A stretch of 60,745 nt of DNA, filler included, from Sphacelaria rigidula (GCA_964200075.2; 6 parts of 6 records of this genome joined end to end with filler, not necessarily neighbours in it); one strand, 5' to 3'. Numbered from the whole stretch's first letter, positions 36,801-50,606 are shown. Made by a program: numbers and translations. The notes: generated from the sequence alone by a model not told the origin.

Positions 36801-37214
36801 TGACCGTGTCGATCGTGCCTCGAAATGGCCATATCCTCAGGTGGGGACGGAGAATCGTGCCGACGGACGAAATTATAGCATTTGTTTCCCCAGATGCATG
36901 AGATGGCCCGCTATCTAGTCTTCACATTGCTCACGGACTGCTTTCCGGTCGTTGCATGCTTGAACGAAATCGGGCACAGGTATCAAATACTGTTTCTAGG
37001 ATCCTTCTCCCTTATTCCTGCGGTGACCGTTTGGATTGCTCCTGAGTCTGCGCCGTTCGACGAGGAGTCGAATACCTGCTTGGACCTGGGAGCTTTGAAG
37101 ATTTCAGAGCTGTTCCTGAACATAATGATGCTCTTCGGCATCATATTTGTGTGGTATGGGTGTGGTCGTTCCCAAAGGCACGAGTTTTATGAAGGGATAG
37201 TAACCAAATTATGA
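33847..37214 (+). CDS. Possible two-exon hypothetical membrane protein (about 280 aa), or gene remnant
   Basis: ORF 33847-34368 ends at GAG|gtgagc and joins in phase 0 to tttccccag|ATGCAT at 36894-37214, which has two or three hydrophobic segments (QILFLGSFSLIPAVTVWIA; LFLNIMMLFGIIFVWYG). No family recognised. Confidence 0.4.
36010..36251. repeat. 120-bp near-perfect tandem duplication
   Basis: 36010-36129 is repeated at 36130-36249; one mismatch seen (36054 g / 36174 c). Confidence 0.95.
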
Positions 37215-37706
37215 GCCTGGTTTGCTTGGAGATAACTCCCTTGCCCGAGAAAGCACGGTGATTCGAGTGTACACAATGGCTCTGACAGCAGCGCCTGTCT
37301 CTAGCGCCGAGCATATGTCCTCTAGAGTATTCAGGATTCATTAGTACATCACATGAGGCATATACATCGAGCGTACCGAAGAAAATACGGACGCACGGGT
37401 GCCTTTCGAAGTAGGGATGTAACACATCTCTCTCGCAAGTAAAACTCAAAATAGACATGCTGTCGGCATTTTGGAGGGTTATCGCTCCGTGACTGATGGC
37501 TGAACGCCGCTGCTAGGCATGAGCGTTTGCTCTCCACATTTTCAAGTTGACATCAACTCTTCAACCAGCCTTGCGCTCGGACGGCAATCCCGGCACGTGA
37601 CTCACCACATACACAGAGGCGCAGAGACACGCATACACAGTCTATTTTTGCATAAGGGTGGCAGGCTGGGCCGGCCAAGACGCGAATTTGTGGTTTGCAG
37701 ACTCCG

Positions 37707-37951
37707 ACTCGCCTCAATTTTGCGAGGTCAAAATTTGGTAGGGAGGAAGAATAGGGCATTCTAAAACGCTGTTGCTCGCGACGCAAAGTGCTTCTTTTTT
37801 GTGGGTTAAGGGCAATAATCAGTATCTAGATACCAGGAAAACACCGCTAACTCACGAAAACGAAACTTTGCGTCCCGAGCAACAGCGTTTTAGCATGCCC
37901 TATTCTTCCTCCCTACCAAATTTCGAAGTCTAACTCGCAATATTGAGGTGA
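37707..37951. repeat. Inverted repeat / hairpin (palindromic MITE-like)
   Basis: aaatttggtagggaggaagaatagggcattctaaaacgctgttgctcgcgacgcaaagt (37731-37789) is the near-perfect reverse complement of 37865-37923, with weaker outward extension. Confidence 0.85.
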
Positions 37952-40466
37952 GACGGGGCGATTTAGAAACCGGGTCGGGCGAAATTCGGAACAACATTTT
38001 CCCGGCCGTTCACCGGCCCAGGTTTGGTCCTTGTTCCTTGAATCTTTGTGTGGGACCTCGCTAGGCCATGACCGACCAAAAAATGGGAAATGTTGATATA
38101 TATATATATATATATATGAGTTTACTTGCTTAGGACGCTTTAGTATAGTAAAGACCATATTTTCACGAGGAGGCCCGTACCTCTCGAAAAACAAATGAGG
38201 GGACACTTACTACGATAGCCCCCCTCCAAAACCAGCCCAAAAATGTCACAAAAAAAATGGCCATACAGCGCCTGAAGCTGGGGTTCAGGCCGCATGAAGC
38301 GCCTCATATTGGCGACATTAGCTGAAACGAACTCAAGCGTGGGAATTCCCAGCTGCTGCTTGTGCTCGGCTTTTCCCATTTCGATTTATGTGAAGTTGTT
38401 GTCTTCCAAACCCTTGCACTTTTGGGGGGGGGGGGCTATCGTAGAAAGTGTCAGGGGCCTATTTTGTTTTCGTTGGCATGCCTTTGCAATCCTCCATGAT
38501 AAGTTTCGAATCTCAATTGTTAAACTAAGCTGAAAAACTGAGATCAGGTCCGAGAGCACCGTCCATTTCTTCTTAAAATTCCCCTGGGAACACAACAAAA
38601 AAGGAAAAAAAATGAAGAAAAACGAAAAACGATGATTTGTTTCTAGATTATGCGGTAGCGATTCTCCAAACGAAATTTCAAAGCACATCTCTCAAACCCT
38701 GAGAGGCAATATCCAGATTCAGTGCATTAAGCGCCTCTATTCAAAACATATTGATTTTCGTATGAAATCTCATGTGCGCCATATCTCGAGACAGATAACG
38801 AATTAGACAAAAGTGGAGGTATTGATCGTTTCCCCGGTCTCCAGGGAATGTCCACACTGAAAATCGTAGCCATCCGCTGTATATTTTGTTCGGAGTTTCA
38901 TATAGATTTGAGTATTTACGCTATCTCCGTACGGTGTAGAAATTACTAGACATGCGATTTATTCAACGAGAAAAAAATGGCCCAGACTTCTGAGCACACG
39001 GGCATCTTCCCCATGATCAGACGATTAATGCGATTTGCAGATCATGGCCCGACTCGTCTGTGTCGATGAGGTGTTGCTTTGAGAGCTTAAATCCGCGTCT
39101 AGGCCAGCCCAGCTCGTATTGTGACCCCTGAATACATCGAAACTAGCGCGTGAAGCGTGTTCGGAGTTTCATGGCTGGGCTGCTGGCCGCTATAGGAATG
39201 GCTGGTACCCCACCACGCTTGTCAAAAGTCAAGCCGCTGTGCTCACGATATCCCCCCCGTCCATGGCATATCCTTCCGGTACTTGTAGGCCTAGCCCCCC
39301 CCCGTACCCTCGAGAGAAATTTGTGGAGCCCATCCGACGGCGGCAACAGCGCAATCCAGCTGATAGTGTACACGACCATCGTAACGTCAAAGCCCCATGT
39401 GTTGTTTCCTACACTCGCGACCACGTATCGCCGAGCGCTTCCTCTCCATATCTCGGATGCACGTAGGCAAACTGCACGCAGACGATGATCGTTTGCTTTG
39501 TTCTGCATATCCCGCTGTTGTGCACACACCCGCTCGTGCTCCTTCGCTCACTTACCCTCGAGGTTCGTGTGCGTGAGACAGCTGAAGGTTGTACGGAAGC
39601 AGTTCAACGAATACTCTAGCACGAAGAATACGTTCGTGTTCATGATCATGTTACTGCTCACTGTTCCGGCGCTCGAGGCGTTGTTTTTGGCGGACAACCG
39701 TTCCATCGAACGACGAGTCGACCTGCTATGTGAGCGTGCATTCAATTTCTGCGTTGTCTCATCCCAGTAAAAATGCTCCTTTATTGCCGTTTCTGTTGTA
39801 GTCAATGATGGTAGCTTGCGTTGACATTCGCTCCTGAATCCTTTGTCCGTTTGTTTTTCTGATACGCTCGTTTCAGCTAGTTCCCTTGTGTCTGAATGCT
39901 GTGTTCTTCGCGCTGTGCCTCTTCATCTCTCTGTATTTACCTTCGTCTAGTTGAACCTTTTGCCCCCCGACCACCCTCCCCTTGCGGTGTAAGTGCTTGC
40001 TGTCGCTATCCCTCCTTTTTGTTTCTTTACATTTACATTTTTGGCGCCTCTCCATCGTTTCCGCCGCCGCTGACACAGTACCGGCAGTGATAACGCATTT
40101 CCTTCTTTGGAAAGCTATCAGAGTACCCTTCACGAAATACTTTCTCAGAGATGAGGAGTACCTGCTATTATTCACCAAGGGACTTCATACGATGCCGTCA
40201 CCAGCTCAGGTGAAGTGGACGCACGAGGTACCCTAAGTGTCGCGCTGTGCGTGGCGAGCTGTCGCGATCATGTGGCTAACATTGCCCTTTTGGGGAACCA
40301 GTAGCTGCTACCATGCTACGCATAACACGCGGAGAAAATAGGCTCTCTCGGTGCGATGTTCTCGGATAATCTGGTCTGGATCTCTTCTGGTCCAAAATGT
40401 TGCACGGTTAGGACAAATAATGATTCGTCAGGAAATTACTTAGTTTTAGTATAATAAGTTGACTCG

Positions 40467-40566
40467 NNNNNNNNNNNNNNNNNNNNNNNNNNNNNNNNNN
40501 NNNNNNNNNNTTAATTAATTAANNNNNNNNNNNNNNNNNNNNNNNNNNNNNNNNNNNNNNNNNNNN
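40467..40566. other. Artificial contig linker
   Basis: N44-TTAATTAATTAA-N44. Confidence 0.98.
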
Positions 40567-42118
40567 GTAGGAACGGTGCTCCGGCTCGAAAGGGATGTGG
40601 GGTCAATGGTACACCTATTAAGGTGAGCAACAAATGAGTACGCCCCCCCCCCCTCTCTATACGTATATTCTTTCCTTCCGGTGCATGCGAGTAGCAGCTT
40701 GGTGCCTCGCTTCCATAGGGTTCATGGGTGAGACCTTCATATCCCACAGTAGTGAAACCAAACTAGATGAGCCGCAATCTGTTTCCACGGCCGTTTGTTT
40801 TTTGCAATTGGGTTTGAGCGTATTTTTCGTGCAAGACCTTTTCCACCGAAGACATGTTGCAGAGGCCGGCCATCTATAAATTTGTTTTGTCTTTGTTCTG
40901 TTTTCGCGTTTTTTTTCTCCTCTTTTCTTAATATTCACCACCTATCTGTTCTACCTTTCTCTGTTCTTCACTCTTCTTCAGCGAGCGTTTCCATTTTGTT
41001 TTCATCTCGGGTACGTCCATCAGGTGACGACGGCTGGATCCCTGAGGAATCAGTTGAAGTGCGACAATCAGTTGGGAGTGGAACGCACTACTTGTACTCC
41101 GCCCAATCTCGCCAATGACCTACCACTTCGACCATCGGGACTTGGCGGTACACAACACGGGATATGTCTATCGTTGCTATCGCGCTACAATGCAGTGCAA
41201 GAAGCAAGTCGCGTGGGGGTGGAGATGCGTCCATCACGTGTGTCGTGACGCGAGGAGACAAGCACGAAACGCCACACGACATAAAAGACAAAGCACACTT
41301 GTTTTCGAAGGCCCAGGTTTGCACTTTTTTGTTTGTTCTCGCTGTCGCATTCACTGCCCAGCACACGGACACTCGCAGAAAAACGAGCAGAAGCAGGCTC
41401 TCTGTCGCACCCATCGCGGCGGTACAGTACAAAGTACGTACGGTACACCTCTCTTGACTGTCGGCGGGTGTATCCACAATGCAACCGGCGCCCCTCGGGA
41501 GGCTTCGGGTGAGAGTGTCGACAGATGTCTCTTCAATGTCTTTAAAGCAGAACTGGTTTCCGTGATGGATGGTCACAAGACAGACGTCTGTATCCAAGAT
41601 GAACCAAATGGAAACACTCGCTATTGTAGAGGGAACACGAGAAGGCGGATAGATGATGGAGGAAAGAGGAGAGCACAACTAGGATGTCTGCAGGGAAGGA
41701 GGACTAAAGACAAAGCAAAAGACAACAGGGAAAATATATGAAAATGTATGACACCCTGGAGAACGGGATACCTACGTGGGATCCTGTGACACTTGGGGGT
41801 GGGGATGTTTGCTTGCACGAAACAAGGGGGTTCATGAATATGCCTTACACGGCCTCACACACTCGCCGTGGGCTTGTATGCAGCTATAGTCGTGGTCAAA
41901 GTGGTATGAACCCGCGCGTGACGGCGATATACTAAGAGCCATCGAATAAAAATTGCTGCTATGCAGCGACGTGTCAAAGTGGCTTCTTTGTGCCAGAAGT
42001 GGCTCATAGTCCTCTCCCCCGTACAAGTGGTAGTATCGTTGGTCCGCCCGTACAGCGTACAGTAAGTAAGCTATCCCTGTCACCTTTGCAACGCTTTCTC
42101 TTTTCTGCAAGCACCTAC

Positions 42119-45100
42119 CACGACCACTCCGGCGCCTGGTGCGTTGGTATCCAAAACCCTGGCCGTTCCGTCCCCTGAGTAAGACAGCAGCTGGCACCCG
42201 CTAAAAGGACTCCAAGCAGCCCCTGGGTATTGAGGATACGCGATACCATACGCGACGATTTGTGGTTTCCAAGGAAACATACGAGCCGTTAGAGATGCAC
42301 ATCAGGCATATAAGTTCGCCTGACATAACATCCCACCCATCACAAAAAAATGATTGACTAATAAATGGATTGGTTCACACTCACCGCCGCCGCTCCCCGT
42401 TGATCTAAATTACAATGGTATAATACCGGCCAGCTAGGGCAAAAGGCTGCGGGTCTGTCGGAGTGGAATCTGAGTCCCGTCGTTCAAGCCAATGGCGCGA
42501 GTACGTAGCACAACAAAGTCTCGACGAGACCCGTCCCGGTGCGGGGATGCTGACCCAATCCTCGATGAACAAAACGTGTCAGGTGGGTATCGGAGGGGAC
42601 ATGAGTCGACCGTTCGAGACCAGAGCTTCCTTCATCACCATGTATCGAGGAAGGGGAGGGTTTGAAAGTATTATGATGTGTAGATGCATATACATACTGG
42701 TCTGTCACGAGTCATTATCTAATCTCCAGCAGTACCCAAGGTAAAAAAAAAACGAAATAAAAGCTCTAATGAAGGACAGTCGGGTGGGAAAAGACACCCC
42801 GAACAGGTGAAAGGAAGAGCGAGTGTCGGAATATACTGACAACGAACTCTCCAAACAAAGATTACCCCAAAGATATGCGACGAGTCTTGCTCTTTCTCAT
42901 GAGCACCACTGCGGGCACCCAGACACCCGGCACGCTACACAATCTGAATCATCACTGATGTATCAAAGCGCCATCTCCTAGGATCATAACATCATGCACA
43001 AACCACGAAAACTCGCCTGGCACGGTAATGTATCAGATCCTGGGCGACGTCGAGAGTTTGGTGTAGGCTGATTTCGGAGGAATACAGTAAGCCTCCCTAC
43101 TAGATGCACCCCGGCGGCCAAACCTGTACGGCCAAGGATTTCACGTACCTTGGAGCACTCAGTCATATATTTTTCGTTTCGGTCCACATCACGGGTCCCC
43201 TAGACTATACGACCCTGCCAAAGGTGGTTGGACAAGCGAATCGTACCCTATGCACCCTTGATTCCCAGGGTACTGGCATTATTGGGTACCCGCAAGGGTC
43301 CCCGCGTACCCGCGTCCACACTTCAAGTTCAAGAAACTTCATACTCCAATCGTTTAGAACCCCCGCGAAGGTGGATGAGGGAGGGTATCGTACTTCAGGA
43401 TCCGAGGGCGATTATATCATTGCTATTCCGTCACATTAGGTCGATCTCTAAAACCCGTGGTCACAGAGTGCAAGGAGCATGCCATCCATACCCAAAAATC
43501 AAGCAGCAAACAGAGGAAGCCGAGAAACAAAGAACCTACACGAAAAAAGAGGCACCTACACTACGAAAGATCCATGGAAGATCGATTGAACTACAGGAGA
43601 CCAATCGGAAGCTGAAACACCACGGTGTGCGACCTTTCCGACGATCTTGCCACGTACTGGCGCCTGCACAGTGTAGTACCAGCGAGTAAGCCGGTAATCG
43701 AAATGTCACATAGAACAAGAACCAATCCGAAAATAGATCTGTCTAGAGTGCTGCTCAAAATTATGAAGGAAATATATCTAGCTCACCGTACACGGGGTGT
43801 CGACCGTGTATATCAAGCACTCGCAGCGATGTCGTAGCCCCCGGGGACCATAATCTCACAGAGCCATCCCAAGAGGCCGACACTAAGACGTTCTTGTTCA
43901 CCAAGTTCCACTCCACCCCCGACACTTCTGCAGCACCGCAAAGAACGAGAAAAAAGGAGGAGGAAGGCCCAACAAAAACGACGTGGTGAACGGTAGTTGC
44001 AAAAAATGACATTGTACGAGAACGACAACATATAATTCCAGCGCCGTTCCCCACACTCATGTTTCCTGTACATGCTCGGTTTTTCGCTACTACAGCGTTT
44101 CTTCTCCGCTCTCCTCTCTTTCTGACCTGCTCTTCTCTTCTCCTCTTTTCTTCTCCTCTTTTCTTCTCTTATTCCTTTCTCTTTAATTTTTGTCCGAGCC
44201 GCACAACTGTTTCATATCGCCCCTCGTTTAGAGTCGACGGCCGAGAACTCATGCCCTAATTGCCGGGGTTTCAGAACGCCGAGTCCCAAACTGCTCCCCA
44301 GGCCGTGATTTTTGTTCGGCGCTTCCTGCATGAACCCCTAGCAACAAGCAGGGATCTGCCGGAGCTTTTCTCGAAATCGATCGATGCTAGTTGCTAGTTG
44401 CTAGTTGTTCATCCTTTTCTTCAGTATCACTCTGTACGTTTACCCCTTCTTTCTCTCTCCTTCCGCCACCCCACCCCCCTTGCTCGAAAGCTTTCTCGAA
44501 AGGGATGTATGGTCCATGATCAAACCACTACAGTAGTGGGCGGTCTAACTATTCAGGGGTGTTCTGGGTTTTTACTCGCGTACTACTCTTCGATAGAACT
44601 CGGAATTGCTAGCGTCGGTAGATTTTGGTACAATAAACAGATCGTTCTCGAAACACAGCGCCCAAGTCAGGGTTAGTTGGTGTTATCAGGTGATACGAGT
44701 AAATACCCCGTTTATCAGGAGGGTGTTATTGACCGTGAAGCACAGTTTTTCGGCTCTAGCGCAATGAGTAGGTATAATTGAAGAAAATGAAACTCCACAT
44801 TTTTTTCAAATATGATCGGGACAGGCTCGATTGACCGAAAATACCGAAGAGTAAGAATCTGGGCTGAAACGTGGCGGAACCCCCGATGACCGGTCAGCCC
44901 GTAACTCACTCAATACTGAGTACAAATGTTTTTTTTTCTTGGAATGTGGAGCGGATACAAATATCTTCAGATCCTCAATGTGATAAGCGGTGGCAAGCGA
45001 AAAGAGCCCAAGAAAATCGCCGATTACGAAAAAATCACAAAATTCCACAAAATGAGTAGTTAGACCGCGCACTACTGTAGGGCAAGCAACAAATGAGTAC

Positions 45101-48100
45101 GCCCACCCTCCCCCCTTGTCCCTTCGAGTGTACTCCCGTGAGTGCTCCCGTCTTTTCGCCTCGAATACGTGTCTTTTGTGGCCACGGTAGGCTTCATAGA
45201 GGATCAGCCATTATACTCATTTTAGTGCACACCACTACGGCATATTAGATCGAGCCACACGAACACATGGCGTGCTCGGGGGTACCCGTTTTAGGACATG
45301 TGCACTGGCTAGTGAGAGGCAGGAGTTCAGGACTTTCGGCTTCGCCGCAGTAGCGTGAACGGGACGGTTTGCTCGAAGGTACCGCTGCCGCACACGATAT
45401 TATACGCAGTGGTCACTCGCACACTCAAGACACCCCTTTCAAAACAATTTTCCCCTCGTCGTTTTCTCGACTCCGCGACCTCCTCTTCCTTGGGATGAAT
45501 GGATCCGTGGTCTCAAGGGATCGACCCACCTCTCCCGCGGTACCGCACTTGTATTGTGATAGATATATCGACCACTGGATGATGACTATCAGGAAATCCT
45601 TCCCCCCGTCGACGTTCATCGACTTTTGTGTAGGTTAGCTCACGTTCTTGCGCTTTCCACGACATCAAATCGGTAAATTGAACCAATTTCACTGTCGGGA
45701 TTGGATTCGAACCCACTACCCCGCGCGTGGATTGAGTGCTCTTTCGTCAGTCATTATCCAGAGGTCGGGTTCAGGTCCACGAACATACTGAGCATACCGC
45801 TACGTTTACTCAAACCAAAATATTGACTTCCGGCTACAGTACTCGCTTTTTGCACATATTTCACGTCCCTCCTCCATTTGTTTCGAGTTTCCTTCAGCGA
45901 GTGTTTCCCTTGGTGGATTTTGCGACCATAGCCGGGTCTGCAGCGGATCAATTCATGTGCGGCAATCAATCAGTGCATCAGTTGGTGAAGCCACACCGCG
46001 CTTTCCGGTCACCTGAGCCGTACCTTGTAAATGTTCGGTCCAGTTGACCACGGGAAAACCGTCCGTAGTCTCCAAGTCCCATAGTTTCACCGTCCCGTCT
46101 GTCCCCCCCCCAAAACGAACGAAACATACGCACACACAGAAATTTTATGAGGACAGCTGAAACAAAATGAAAATAATACAAGGAACGAACAAATACATCA
46201 ATAATGAGAATTGCACAACAAAAGCAAGCGCAGTAGAGACGAAAAAGGCATACACGAATAGTCACACGCACCAAAAATGTCCTCGTGAAAAAAAAACCCT
46301 CACAAACCGTCGTAAGACAGTGAGCACAACGCATGTATTGGAATACCGAATGCAAAAAAGGCAGAGCAAAAAACAGAACTCTTTTTTTCTCGTCATACTT
46401 CCACTTCCCTCCACCTCTCCTTGCCCTTCGTCGGGACGAGCTCGTGTTATCAAGGGATCGACCCATATTTTCACCCGATATCTGCTCGACACACTTTTTT
46501 TATCGAGCAGCACGGGATCATGACTGTCCACACTCCCGTAGCCGTCGACTCTCGCCGAACGTTTTTCTGCCAACTCACGTTTTCATTATTCTCACCACCG
46601 ATTGCACGTATAAACTAAACCGTTTAGTGTCTGGATTCGAATCCGTTGCTATGTCCAGACTAGAGGAAACTAGAGGGGTACGCACAAGTGTGATCAATCA
46701 TTGGGGCGCGGCGACTTAATGAATACGGTTATGAACGCATGAAGTGCAAGGTACAAATAAAAGCTCACGTGACCCTCGTGCTTAGAAACGATGGGGTATC
46801 CGAGTTCGTGTTGGCAAAATGCAGGCAAAACACCGAAACAACAGTGCCAAGAAATCGTCACAACTCAATACAAAATACTGTACGACACAGCAGACGGAAT
46901 GATTGATAACATCTGAAAAAATTGTCACGAACAGCACGCGCACGAATAAACGCGCAACAGATTTTCACCCACTCAGAAATATACAGCTCTACGAAATATA
47001 TGTGTACACACATGCATACCCAAATGCCCACAAGCATCCCCTAGTGAACTAGATGACCCAATAAACTTCCCGCCCTAGCTACACTGCTATCACGCCATCC
47101 ATCATTCACACTTCCTACGAGACCTCGGTAATATATCAACATATATTCGCTATAACCTCAATCTCTCCCGTTCTTCGGAAGGAACCTGTCGTCTCAAGTG
47201 GTCCACCCATGTCGCCCCCCGGTACCTATCCTACACATGATGGTTTCGAGCGATGGATCACCACTCCCCCATCACGTTGCTCCCGTCGAAGCTTCTTCTC
47301 TACTTGCATCCTCACGCATTCAGCCATGGAGACCCGATTCTGCTAGAAAATGCGAGAGGATACCGTATATCTCGGGACTCGACTCTGCAACCCGCCATCT
47401 TCACTGGCTATCGGTGTCACAGTACCAGTTCAAGCAACGGGGCGCGCCGGCTCTTCTACTCTCGTTACCACCTACAACACCCCCAATCCGATAATGACAC
47501 CTCATGCGTGGTGATTTCCTCCTGTGGAACTGACTGATAGGTTAGTTCTCGCACATTTTCTGGTCCACTGCGAACGCAGGGGTAGTTTCAAAGATGGGCG
47601 TGCCCTGCGTGAGTCAACGGCAAACAATCGCCCAAGGACTCTGGAGGGCAGCGGAGAAATGGCAAGGTAAAAACATCAACACAGACAAAATCTAGCACGG
47701 ATACTTGGAAAGAACTCGGCATCCCCCCGCCAGGGGTTCAGGCTAGGAGGCTGCGCAAAAAAAAAGTCGTGAAAAAAAGGTCGTGGGAGGGAGTGATTGA
47801 ACTGGTCGACAGCGGCCTAGATGCAGGAGAGACGTATACAGCACAGGAAGCAAGGTCACGGAGGCATGTGGCCATTTTGGTCAGAAGCGGTCAGGTGTAG
47901 AGAAAGTGTGTGCCGTACGTGTATCTTCTCTGTGACCAGGGGCCAGCATTCGAAGCGGGTCAGCGGATGTGAGACGACGAAGCCTGTCGAGTTTGAGCAA
48001 ATCAATCCATCAGTGGATCAGGCGAGCAGCAAAGTTGCCTACCTGCTCCTGCCGTGGCGAGTTGCCTCGGGTGACACTCACTCCAAGCACAGTCAAACAG

Positions 48101-48127
48101 TCCGGCTTGCGTGTCGAACCACCGCAC
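42119..48127 (-). CDS. PEX7: Peroxisomal PTS2 receptor (WD40), four internal exons
   Basis: Phase-consistent exons 48127-48043 (VRWFDTQAGLFDCAWSECHPRQLATAGA), 46098-46024 (DGTVKLWDLETTDGFPVVNWTEHLQ), 43927-43787 (EVSGVEWNLVNKNVLVSASWDGSVRLWSPGATTSLRVLDIHGRHPVY) and 42222-42119 (GAAWSPFSGCQLLSYSGDGTARVLD). DCAWSE, EH..EV..V.WNL..K and SWD are PEX7 signatures. First and last exons were not identified. Confidence 0.85.
44531..45077. mobile_element. Tc1/mariner-type MITE, copy 2 (in a PEX7 intron, nested in another repeat)
   Basis: TIRs CAGTAGTGGGCGGTCTAACTATTCA and TGAGTAGTTAGACCGCGCACTACTG, TA flanks at 44529-30 and 45078-79. Reverse complement of 1856-2404. Confidence 0.9.
45440..46720 (-). 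repeat. Two related SINE-like copies (about 45440-45740 and 46390-46720) either side of a PEX7 exon
   Basis: Both share tcaagggatcgaccca and a minus-strand B-box-like G(G/A)TTCGAATCC (about 45703-13 and 46633-43). Confidence 0.45.
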
Positions 48128-50606
48128 CTTGTTGGAACATGACACATGCACACGCACACAGATACGCTCATCACACAGCATGGTATCATGTTTTGCACTC
48201 CAGGAACTGCCAACATATATTAGACTGTAAACACACACACCATACGTGCAGCGAGGGAAGTCAAGCATCACATCGTGTGCGATATTCCACACGAGAGGAA
48301 ATAAGTGATATACCGTGGATCATGACAAAAACATGAAAACAACGTGAACCGTCAGCGTCTGCGTGATCTTTTGCACGTTAGGGACCGCCGGTAGACACAG
48401 AATCATGACACATACATAATAAAGATAAGACTGTGAGAGCCAACGCTGTTGTCTCTGATACCATCTCATACGCTGAGTTACGTTTCCGATAGCACAGCAT
48501 CAGCAGATCAAATCGTTATAGTGCTCCAACTTTTAGGTTTTAACTCCCATCCTTTCCTCGGCACGAGTCCGCAAGAGAACTATAATAGCCCGCCACGAGT
48601 ACAGTCGTGGTCATGGTCATTATCCACAAGATAGCATCATTTTTTCTCTTATTTTTCCCCTTTCCCGACTTTTTTTTAGATAGCATTGTCCGTGTTGTAC
48701 GTCTTGGGCACGTCTATCTTGTGGATAACGACCATGACAACGGCTGGATACATCAGGAATCTGCTAACGTGCGAAAACCGATCAATCAATCAATCAACCA
48801 CTCTATCCCTCAATCGAATCAGATCCACATATCTAGTATACAAGAGTAAACAGAAGCACTCGCCGAAACAAACTCAGAAACGGAAGGGGGGGTGTACTCA
48901 TAGTCTTGTATCCAGTAGTCATACTGTAAGACTATCGGCATCGTATAAAAGGAGGGTGGAAGAAGTGAAAACAGACAAGGAATTCGACAGGAGAGATAAT
49001 ATATATTTACATACACATATAAAAAACCCGTCAACAATCTACTCAGCAGGCGCGCAGGAGATGCCATCCTCCGTGTGTTGTCTACACGCCCCGCAAAGGA
49101 GAGCTGTATACAAAAGAACAGGAGAGCTGTATACAATAGAATAGGTAATGATATCTGACACACGATGGCACCCGCACGCAAAATGTCACCTCCTCTGAAC
49201 AGCAACATTGGACAGGGGATTCTGAAGAGTGGAGACGAACTTTTCGATGGGAACGGAAATGCTTCGATGGTGTTCGGAATTGTAGAAAATGGTACCCGAC
49301 GAAAGCACCTTTGAGGGATGTCATTCGGACCACACCGGAAACATCCAACACCAACAGTTCCCTCGAAGGTGAACGTACCTCGAGGGGTATCATATTCCAG
49401 AATTCAGGACACCAGCGGGTGAATCTCGTTCCTATAAAAAAGGTCGTTTCTATGTTTCAGGTTTCCCCTATCATCGTGTGGTAAATTTTCACCCTTTTCG
49501 GCCACCATATCGATGTTTTCAGTCCTATCCCAGAGTACGCATACCACCCAGAAAAACGAACACCCACGGGCGACGAATTTTCGACTCCTACAGATGTTTA
49601 TGTTCCGTCACATATCATACGGTGCCTGCTGCTTGCTATGTCGTACGCTCTTTGTTCAGCGATCCTGCGGCTTGAAGAATCAGGACTCACATCCTACTCA
49701 ACGCTCCTCGTCATCGTTTTTCGGAGCAGGTAACAAGTAGCATTTCAATTTTTATATACACAAACTCCCTGTCCCTCTCTCCCCTCTATTTTGGTACCGT
49801 ACATGTCGTGCCTTTGCCTCGGAACATAACGAAGTAAAAACAAAACATGGTGAATTTATATGTGTGCAGCATGGAACCAACCGCACTTACAGGGCCATCG
49901 AAATCGCGCACAGCACTGACTATGGGAAAAATGTATACCTAAATATCCTCCCCTCGGAAAGGATACAGGTAGAATGGATCGTCCATTCAACGGTACTGTA
50001 CTGCCGGTGCTCAAGTTACCATGTTAGATTAGTGCTTCCTGTTCATGTATTTAAAAAAAATGACTGCCCGGATAGATCCCTTATTGGGAACAAGGGTGCA
50101 GGTGAGTCACATTTCCGTGCCTGAACAAAAAAATACATGCAGGTTATCTGGCAATTCTGTTTCTGTGGTCATAAAGTGTACACAAAATGACGCGTTGAAC
50201 GAGTCATCATTCATTCGTCTCAACAATTGCTTGCGTCCGACCGCAGGTCTGAGCGAAGGGCTAATGCGAGGGAGAACACAACCATGCAATGCACGTGACC
50301 CGTACATGACGCACGAAGTCATTGGTGAGCCCCGTTTTGCAGCGTAGCTATCTACTACAGCTCTGGACGCCGGGCACGCAGAGCAGAGCGCAAAGTGTTG
50401 AAGATTTATGCTCAAAATCCTCCGACCCGCGGTCACTTCTTTTCTTTCTGAACCGGTGAATCTCGGCAAATGTTCCAGGCAGCGACCCTGGACGAATGGT
50501 GGCCCATTCCACACGGCACATCTTATGAATTGAACACGATTATTTAACCCTTTGGGGACTAGACCCCCAGGGAGTGCTGATTTTTCTTTTGGTGAATCGG
50601 CATCAT

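Noticed and set aside
39548..39805. BED zinc-finger-like start (IKEHFYWDE)
   Set aside because: The Cys/His ligands are absent in that frame.
41088..41741. Overlapping ORFs of about 200 aa on both strands, considered as further PEX7 exons
   Set aside because: No WD40 signature; 'DWAEYK' and 'TSVD' are not in PEX7 order or spacing.
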